IMG/VR virus record: IMGVR_UViG_3300025429_000082
Coordinates: 1 to 24,421 of that record
Length of the DNA stretch: 24,421 bases
Strand: one strand, 5' to 3'
From: a virus
Lineage: Duplodnaviria > Caudoviricetes
The position numbers were made by a program, and so were the translations under genes. The first letter of the stretch is position 1, and each line of letters begins with the position of its first letter. The notes under the pieces are model-generated. The model was given only the letters and a program-made list of their open reading frames with translations, searched no databases and was not told the DNA's origin. Positions 1-6,093 of this stretch are shown here, in pieces.

Positions 1-36
1 AGCAGTCATAAACGGTATTTTGAGGGAGGTAGAAGT

Positions 37-375
37 ATGAACGCCGAAGACCGTCAAGCCCTACGAGAGAAGCATCGCACCGACAACAACATTTGGTGTG
101 TTGTTTGCGTGGAAGTGTTGCCGAACACGGAAGGTTTTCAAGGCCTGTCCGGAGCGGCGACGCCAGCGCGCTACCCCTGCGACGTAATCAAGGTGCTAGA
201 CGCCACCGAAAACCTAAACCCCAGCGACCTCAAAACTGAACCAGAAATCCGTGCAAGTGCCACTTCTGACGTGTTGCCCATAAATCAGTGCGAGCACCTA
301 TGGCTCAGTAGAGCCAATGCTAAATACCAATGGACTGTTTTCACCTACTGCCCTAAGTGTGGAGAGAAACTATGA
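37..375 (+). CDS. Hypothetical Cys-rich phage protein (CVVC near the N-terminus; CxH and CPKC near the C-terminus)
   Basis: SD GGAGG upstream of ATG37. Visibly lower GC than the rest of the window. Stop overlaps the next start (ATGA at 372-375). Confidence 0.7.
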   Translation: MNAEDRQALREKHRTDNNIWCVVCVEVLPNTEGFQGLSGAATPARYPCDVIKVLDATENLNPSDLKTEPEIRASATSDVLPINQCEHLWLSRANAKYQWTVFTYCPKCGEKL

Positions 376-461
376 CCGACCACGCCGTGACCTGCCCCAC
401 CTGCGATCGCCTCCGGCCCCCCAACGCCGAGCCCTGCCCGAACTGCGGGGAAGTGGCGTGA
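372..461 (+). CDS. 29-aa zinc-ribbon microprotein MTDHAVTCPTCDRLRPPNAEPCPNCGEVA
   Basis: Below the ORF-track cutoff. ATGA overlap with the upstream stop, GTGA overlap with the downstream start, GGAGAG SD at 361-366, two CPxC knuckles. Confidence 0.7.
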   Translation: MTDHAVTCPTCDRLRPPNAEPCPNCGEVA

Positions 462-958
462 CCGTCGTCGCGGGCATGGTGAGCCCCTCGGGCTGGCACT
501 ACATCGGCGCGGACACCGCGGCCACGACCGACGACCTCTACAGCCTCGTCGCCACGCCAAAGGTCGCACGCTTCGGCAACACCCTGGTCGGCTTCGCAGG
601 GGACTGGCGTTCGGGCGCCAAAGCCTTCCGGCTGCTGGAACGCTCCACGAGCCACAGCCTCGTCCACTACTTTGAGAGCCTCTGGCGCAAGGACGACTAC
701 CCCGAGACGGAGTTCCTGTTCGTCGAGCACGGTCGGATCTACGAGCTCACGCAGGACGGCGCAATCCTCGAGGCCGTCAAACACGACGAAGGCACCTGCT
801 ACGGCGCAATCGGCACGGGAGCCAGCGTGGCCCTCGGAGCCCTCTACGTCGAGCGCATCGACCTGAACAGCCTGCTCCAAGCACTCAACGCGAGCGCGGC
901 ACACAGCCCGCAGATCCGTTCGCCGTTCCTCGTCCTTGAGAGCGAACCGGACTTCTAG
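458..958 (+). CDS. HslV/proteasome beta-subunit-like Ntn-hydrolase protease (166 aa; GTG start at 458, not 317)
   Basis: Starting at GTG458 gives M-TVVAG...IGADT...PKV...VGFAG...GAIGTGASVALGAL. Met removal exposes Thr1. Asp18/Lys34 and the G-[ST]-G motif match the HslV/20S beta pattern. Confidence 0.8.
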   Translation: MTVVAGMVSPSGWHYIGADTAATTDDLYSLVATPKVARFGNTLVGFAGDWRSGAKAFRLLERSTSHSLVHYFESLWRKDDYPETEFLFVEHGRIYELTQDGAILEAVKHDEGTCYGAIGTGASVALGALYVERIDLNSLLQALNASAAHSPQIRSPFLVLESEPDF

Positions 959-982
959 TGCAACCCACCGTTTGACCCACAC

Positions 983-1012
983 TTGCAAGGGTGTAGCCCA
1001 TTGTGGTACTAT
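983..1012 (+). promoter_or_regulatory. Putative sigma70/SigA-type promoter for the packaging/structural operon
   Basis: TTGCAA (983-988), 18-nt spacer, TGn-TACTAT (TG 1004-1005, -10 at 1007-1012), in the AT-richer gap before the terminase small subunit. Confidence 0.5.
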
Positions 1013-1065
1013 TCTCACTACATTGGGTTTCGTGCGCATAGACGCGAACGCCTAAGAGACTGAAC

Positions 1066-1521
1066 ATGACCCAAACCTCAAAGGCCGGATACATCCGCAC
1101 CGAAGCCGACGCAATCAACGACACCGAGGCGCTCAAACTGCGCTCGCTTGGCTGGTCGTATCGTCGAGTGGCCGAACACATGGGCATTTCCGTATCGGGC
1201 GCCTACCAGCGCGTCCAGCGTGCCCTCGCGGCTATCCCCGCCGAGGCCGTGGACGAGTACCGCACCATTCAGCGCCAGCAGATGGACGACCTCATGGCGA
1301 CCTACCTGCCGAACGCCCTGGCGGGTGACCTCAAGAGCGCCGAACTGGTCATGAAAATCCTCGACCGCCGCGCCAAACTGGAAGGCATCGACGCCCCCGC
1401 CAAGCACGAAGTCATCACGATCGACTACATCGACTCGGAAATACGGCGCCTTGAAGCCGTCTTAGGGGAACAAGATGACGACACCAGCCGAGAGACGGCT
1501 AGCGGAACTCCGCAGGCTTAG
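1066..1521 (+). CDS. terS: Terminase small subunit (N-terminal HTH)
   Basis: HTH ALKLRSLGWSYRRVAEHMGISVSGAYQRV and C-terminal RRAKLEGIDAP. Lies directly upstream of, and overlaps, TerL. Confidence 0.8.
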   Translation: MTQTSKAGYIRTEADAINDTEALKLRSLGWSYRRVAEHMGISVSGAYQRVQRALAAIPAEAVDEYRTIQRQQMDDLMATYLPNALAGDLKSAELVMKILDRRAKLEGIDAPAKHEVITIDYIDSEIRRLEAVLGEQDDDTSRETASGTPQA

Positions 1522-2911
1522 GGCGCTCAAACTCGCCGAACAGCAAGCGCAGGCCGACGAGGCCGTCAAGCAACTGGCCTTCAGCGACTACCGGACGAAA
1601 GCCCGCCCCCAACAACTGCCCCCCGAAGGCGACTGGCGCATCTGGCTCATCCTCGCGGGCCGTGGCTTCGGCAAGACGTGGACGGGCTCCAAGTGGCTTC
1701 TCGAGAAAGCCCTCCAGCAACCCGAGACCGAGTGGGCAGTCGTTGCCCCGACCTTCGGTGACGTGCGCCGTATCTGCGTCGAGGGCCCGAGTGGCATCAT
1801 CAAGAGCGCACAGCCTGGACAAATCAAGTTCTACAACAAGTCCAACGGCCAGATAACGCTCGCCAACGGCTCGGTAATCCACATGATTTCCGCCGACGAA
1901 CCAGACCGCGCCCGTGGCCTCAATCTGGCCGGAGCGTGGTGCGACGAGTTCGCCGCCTGGCGCTACGAAGAGACCTGGACAGAGGGCCTCGTTCCCGCCC
2001 TTCGTATCGGCAACCCGCAGGTGGTCATCACGACGACCCCGAGGCCGACGCGGTTGATCCGCGAGCTCATCAAGCGCGACGACGGTTCAGTCTCCCTGAC
2101 CCGAGGCTCGACCTTCGACAACGCCGCGAACCTCTCACAAGCCGCCCTCGCTGAACTGCGAGCCCGCTACGAGGGAACGCGCATCGGTCGCCAAGAACTC
2201 TACGGCGAAGTCCTCACCGACATCGCCGGAGCCCTGTGGACGTGGGACAGCATTGACGCGGCCCGCTGGCACCAAGCGCCCGAACTCTCGCGCATCGTCG
2301 TCGCAGTCGACCCCGCCGTCACTTCGGGCGAGGACAGCGACGAAACCGGCATCATCGTGGTCGGCAAAGGCATGGCAGACGGACGTGGCTACGTCCTCGC
2401 CGACCGTTCCTGCCGAGACACGCCGTTTGGCTGGGCGAAGCGAGTGGTGCAGACCTACCACGAGTTCAACGCCGACCGCGTGGTGGCCGAAAAGAACCAG
2501 GGTGGCGACTTCATCGAGCAGACGCTACGAAGCGTGGATGCGACCCTGCCGTTCAAGGGCGTCATCGCCAGGCAAGGCAAGCGCCTCCGCGCCGAGCCAG
2601 TCGCCGCGCTCTACGAGCAAGGCCGTATCAGCCACGTCGGCAACCTCGACGAACTCGAGAACCAGATGACCGAGTGGGTGCCCGACAGCGGTTCCTCACC
2701 CGACCGCATCGACGCCCTCGTGCACGGACTGGTCGAACTCGGCCTCGCTACCGGCGCGTCCGCGGATCGCTTCTTTGCGAGCATCTCAAAACCCTGCGAG
2801 CGTTGCGGTATGCCGATGGCAACCGACGCGCAGAACTGCTCGTCCTGCGGTCACCTAGTCCCGCAGACAGTCCTCGCAGACGCAACCATTTCGCTCCCGT
2901 ACTTCCCGTAA
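1475..2911 (+). CDS. terL: Terminase large subunit with a C-terminal zinc-ribbon extension
   Basis: Walker A LAGRGFGKT, Walker B AWCDEFA, motif III ITTTP, RNase H-like nuclease VVAVDPA...SDETGI...SPDRIDA. C-terminal CERC...CSSC. Confidence 0.96.
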   Translation: MTTPAERRLAELRRLRALKLAEQQAQADEAVKQLAFSDYRTKARPQQLPPEGDWRIWLILAGRGFGKTWTGSKWLLEKALQQPETEWAVVAPTFGDVRRICVEGPSGIIKSAQPGQIKFYNKSNGQITLANGSVIHMISADEPDRARGLNLAGAWCDEFAAWRYEETWTEGLVPALRIGNPQVVITTTPRPTRLIRELIKRDDGSVSLTRGSTFDNAANLSQAALAELRARYEGTRIGRQELYGEVLTDIAGALWTWDSIDAARWHQAPELSRIVVAVDPAVTSGEDSDETGIIVVGKGMADGRGYVLADRSCRDTPFGWAKRVVQTYHEFNADRVVAEKNQGGDFIEQTLRSVDATLPFKGVIARQGKRLRAEPVAALYEQGRISHVGNLDELENQMTEWVPDSGSSPDRIDALVHGLVELGLATGASADRFFASISKPCERCGMPMATDAQNCSSCGHLVPQTVLADATISLPYFP

Positions 2912-3010
2912 GAAGCGAGAGAACGCCAAGTCGACGAGCTCACACTCGGCGCACTTCCACACCAGGCGACTTCCCGTCTCCCACCTGTGGTCAGTCCATT
3001 TTTCACACAC
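2855..3010 (-). CDS. Possible antisense 51-aa Cys/His-rich protein MCEKWTDHRWETGSRLVWKCAECELVDLAFSRFLREVRERNGCVCEDCLRD
   Basis: Occupies most of the terL-portal gap on the - strand. Metal-ligand pattern C..H..CxxC..CxCxxC. GTG start with no well-spaced SD. Confidence 0.35.
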   Translation of the reverse strand: MCEKWTDHRWETGSRLVWKCAECELVDLAFSRFLREVRERNGCVCEDCLRD

Positions 3011-3031
3011 GCCTCATCTTAGGAGCCTCCG

Positions 3032-5281
3032 TTGGCACGCTTTGGTCGCAAGAACAAGACAGCGGAACTCGCGAAGGCCGTAGCGGCAGAACTCGCGAAG
3101 GGTCAGGTCGGCCCCTACTCGGACGCCGCCTACTCGCAGAGCGCCGCGGCTATTCCATACGCGAACATGACCGGCCAAATCCAGGTCGCGGGCGAAGTGG
3201 TCGCCATGCCCCGACCAGGTGGCGCGTTCGGTGCCATCCTCGGCCCGAGCGCACCGCTGGTTCCCGCAGCCCTTGACGTAGTTGACCCCGACACTGGTCG
3301 GGCGATGCCGCGCAAGTACGAGTACCAAGTTGCGCAGAACCTCAACATCACCCAGACGAGCGTTCCCTTCGCCATCCTGCGCCAACTCGCCGAACAATGC
3401 GACATTATCCACCGTTGCATCGAGATCCGCGTCAGCGAAATCGTCAAGCAGGACTGGTCGTTCGCGGTCGCCCCGCAGGCCATCGCCGAAATCATGGAGA
3501 CCGAGAACTGCTCGCACGCGAAGGCCGCCAAGATTGGCCGCGAGAAGTTCGGCGAGGAAATCGTCCGCCTCACGCAGTTCTGGGAGAACCCCTACGTCGC
3601 CAGCGACCGTTCCTTCGTCGAGTGGATGACCGAGGCGCTGTGGCAGGTGTTCGTCTTTGACCAACTCTGCGTCTACCCCCGCTACAGCCTCGGCAAGAAG
3701 TTGCTCGGCTTCGACATTATCGACTCGCCGACCATCAAAATCCTGCTGGACAACCGAGGCGACATTCCTCACCCGCCAGCGCCCGCGTTCCAACAAATCC
3801 TTCACGGCTTCCCACGCGGCGAGTTCACCGCCAGCCCCGACGCGGACGGCGAGTTCTTCTCGGGCGCTGGGCGTGCCGACCAGTTCCTCACGGATCAACT
3901 GTTCGTCAGCGTCCGCAACCGTCGCAGTTGGAGCGTCTACGGCTACAGCCCCGTGGAGCAGTCCATTCCAAGCGCGACGGAGTACCTCGAGCGCCAGCGT
4001 TGGCGCCGGAGCGAGTACCAGGACGGCTCCACGCCGAAGACCTGGATGCGCACGAACTCAATGGAACTCGACGCGCTGAAGTTGGCCGCCTACGAGCGCA
4101 TCCTCAACGACAAGTTGACCGGCTCGACCGCCGAGCGCCACCGCATCAAGGTTCTGCCGGACGGCTTTGAACCGATTGCCATGCCCCAGGTGGACTCGTA
4201 CTTCAAGCCGGAGTACGACGAGTTCATCATCAAGCGCATCGCTTCGTGCTTCGGTGTCTCACCGGCCGCCCTCGGCGTCATGCCCCGTTCCGGCCTCGGT
4301 GGCTCGGGCGAGCACAAGGGCCAGCAGGAGAGCGCCGAAATCGTCTCACAGCGCCCGATGGAGAACTACGTCGTCGAGTTCGTCAACGCCCTCTGCCGTC
4401 GCTTCCTCGACGCGGACAAGAACGTCACCTTCGTCCTGAACGACGAGCAGGCTGGCGAGAGCGAGCAGACCCGCCTCAACGCCTACAAGGTCGCCATCGA
4501 GTCCGGCCAGATGACCCTCAACGACGTTCGCGGTGAACTCGGCCTCGCCCTCTACGACGACCCGAGCGCCGACGAGCCGTTCATCGCCACCCCGCAAGGC
4601 CCCGTCTACTTCCGTGGCACGCTTGAAACGACCACGTCGGGGGAAACCACCGGACAAGTTGGAGAGCCCCATGAACAAGTTGCACAAGGCACACAAGGCA
4701 GCGCACAAGGCCCACAAAGCAGCGAAGAAGGGCCACAAGGCGAAGGTCAAGCACCAGTCAGTCAGGGCGAAAACGCCGAAGATCGTGTGAAGGCCGAACT
4801 GGCCGCGTTCAACAAGTTCGTCAAGGCTCGCACCAAGACCGGCGCGTGGCGCGACTTTCACTTCTCGGCCATCAACGAGGACGACGCCTACGCACTGAAT
4901 CAAGACGCCCAAGCAATCATCAAGGGCGAGACCTACACCCCTCCGGCTGGCGTGCAAGAAGCCGCCAAGCGTGCCCTCGAGTGGATCGCCGACGGCAAGG
5001 CAGGTTCCGGCTTCACCGACGTAGGGCGCAAGCGTGCCTCTGACCTCGCTCGTGGCGCTGGCGTCTCAATGGCGACCGTCCGACGCATGAAGGCCTACTT
5101 CGACCGCCACCAGAGCGACAAGGACGCCACGGGCTTCACCTCGGGCGAAGAGGGCTTCCCCTCACCTGGTCGTGTCGCGTGGGACGCGTGGGGCGGTGAC
5201 GCTGGCTACTCGTGGGTCAAGCGCCTCGTCGGAAGCGAGAAGGCCGCGGAGCCTGACCGCCCTTTTTACTCGGGGCTCTAG
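3032..5281 (+). CDS. Portal protein with a long C-terminal extension (acidic linker plus extra domains)
   Basis: Follows TerL. AGGAG SD (3021-3025) before TTG. Portal motifs VYGYSPVE, IASCFGVSPAALG and GQMTLNDVRGELGL. The extra C-terminal domain spans about 4925-5230. Confidence 0.92.
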   Translation: MARFGRKNKTAELAKAVAAELAKGQVGPYSDAAYSQSAAAIPYANMTGQIQVAGEVVAMPRPGGAFGAILGPSAPLVPAALDVVDPDTGRAMPRKYEYQVAQNLNITQTSVPFAILRQLAEQCDIIHRCIEIRVSEIVKQDWSFAVAPQAIAEIMETENCSHAKAAKIGREKFGEEIVRLTQFWENPYVASDRSFVEWMTEALWQVFVFDQLCVYPRYSLGKKLLGFDIIDSPTIKILLDNRGDIPHPPAPAFQQILHGFPRGEFTASPDADGEFFSGAGRADQFLTDQLFVSVRNRRSWSVYGYSPVEQSIPSATEYLERQRWRRSEYQDGSTPKTWMRTNSMELDALKLAAYERILNDKLTGSTAERHRIKVLPDGFEPIAMPQVDSYFKPEYDEFIIKRIASCFGVSPAALGVMPRSGLGGSGEHKGQQESAEIVSQRPMENYVVEFVNALCRRFLDADKNVTFVLNDEQAGESEQTRLNAYKVAIESGQMTLNDVRGELGLALYDDPSADEPFIATPQGPVYFRGTLETTTSGETTGQVGEPHEQVAQGTQGSAQGPQSSEEGPQGEGQAPVSQGENAEDRVKAELAAFNKFVKARTKTGAWRDFHFSAINEDDAYALNQDAQAIIKGETYTPPAGVQEAAKRALEWIADGKAGSGFTDVGRKRASDLARGAGVSMATVRRMKAYFDRHQSDKDATGFTSGEEGFPSPGRVAWDAWGGDAGYSWVKRLVGSEKAAEPDRPFYSGL
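4671..4790 (+). CDS. Overprinted (+1 frame) 39-aa Lys/His/Ala-rich basic peptide MNKLHKAHKAAHKAHKAAKKGHKAKVKHQSVRAKTPKIV
   Basis: Own SD context GGAGAGCCCC-ATG (4661-4673). Codons are mostly G/C-ending in this frame, while the portal frame turns to A-ending codons here. 12 K, 6 H, 1 R, no D/E. Confidence 0.6.
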   Translation: MNKLHKAHKAAHKAHKAAKKGHKAKVKHQSVRAKTPKIV

Positions 5282-5299
5282 CGAAGGCTGGGGCCGCCG
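5260..5299 (+). promoter_or_regulatory. Putative programmed -1 ribosomal frameshift signal (portal to MuF)
   Basis: X XXY YYZ heptamer C CCT TTT (5260-5266) in portal phase, then hairpin GGCTCTAGC-GAAG-GCTGGGGCC (5274-5295, extendable to 5271-5299). The -1 frame opens right after TGA at 5254-5256. Confidence 0.75.
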
Positions 5300-6093
5300 A
5301 CCTCCCGCACCACGGCAAGAAAGTGACGATTGAGGACTACTACCGTCCGGTCATCGCCGAAGCCCTGCGTCAGCTCGTCACCAACCCCGACGAGATTGCC
5401 AAGCACGCCGTCGAAGTCGCGAGCCACTACAACAAGGCCGCCGACCCCGACAAGAAGGCCATCGCACGCAACGCGGTAGACCACACGGCCAAGACCGACC
5501 CAGAGGCCCTCGTAAAGGCTCTGAAGCGCCTCTACGGCGACGCTGGCATGACCGGCGCTAAGACCGCGCTCGACGACATGGGTGGCGCTGCCAAACTCGG
5601 CTCGGGCATGAGTGGCCTCGTCGGTGGCGTGGACTGGGCGAACTGGAAGCCTGGCAACCCCGAAGCGGCCGAGAAGGTCGCGGGCAAGCGCCTCGGCGAA
5701 ATCTGGTCGAACGCGGGCTACACCGTGGACGGCATCACCAAGACCACCACGAATCGCATCGGCACCATTATCGCCGACGGACTGACCGCTGGCTCGACGT
5801 GGCAGGAAATCTCGGCGGGCATCAACGACCTGCTGAACAACCCAGGTCGCGCCGACATCATCGCCATCACCGAAACCAACCGCGCCTTCATCGGCGCCTC
5901 GGTGGACGAGTACCAGAACTCCGGCATGGACGGCTTCACTTGGCTGGCCTACGACGGAGCGTGCCCCGAGTGCGAAGAGCAAGCGGGCGACCACTCCTTC
6001 GGTGACGACTACCCACCGGCGCACCCCGCCTGCCGTTGCGCCGTCATCGCGATTATTCCCGACGAAACCCTACCCCTTCCCTCGGAGGACTAA
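5260..6093 (+). CDS. MuF/SPP1 gp7-like minor head morphogenesis protein (ORF-caller start 5323; frame open from 5257, probably reached by -1 frameshift)
   Basis: RADIIAITETNRA, W...D..CPEC and the hallmark PPAHPACRC motif. Lies between portal and protease. GTG5323 lacks a good SD. Confidence 0.88.
   Translation, partial: PFLLGALAKAGAADLPHHGKKVTIEDYYRPVIAEALRQLVTNPDEIAKHAVEVASHYNKAADPDKKAIARNAVDHTAKTDPEALVKALKRLYGDAGMTGAKTALDDMGGAAKLGSGMSGLVGGVDWANWKPGNPEAAEKVAGKRLGEIWSNAGYTVDGITKTTTNRIGTIIADGLTAGSTWQEISAGINDLLNNPGRADIIAITETNRAFIGASVDEYQNSGMDGFTWLAYDGACPECEEQAGDHSFGDDYPPAHPACRCAVIAIIPDETLPLPSED

Noticed and set aside
317-457. ORF-track N-terminal extension of the HslV-like gene as a propeptide
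   Set aside because: The region is better explained by ORF 37-375 and the 29-aa ORF 372-461, and GTG458 is coupled and directly exposes Thr1.
5279-5326. Amber read-through or TAG recoding joining portal to MuF
   Set aside because: Read-through in frame 0 meets TGA at 5324-5326, MuF is in the -1 frame, and TAG ends many genes here normally.
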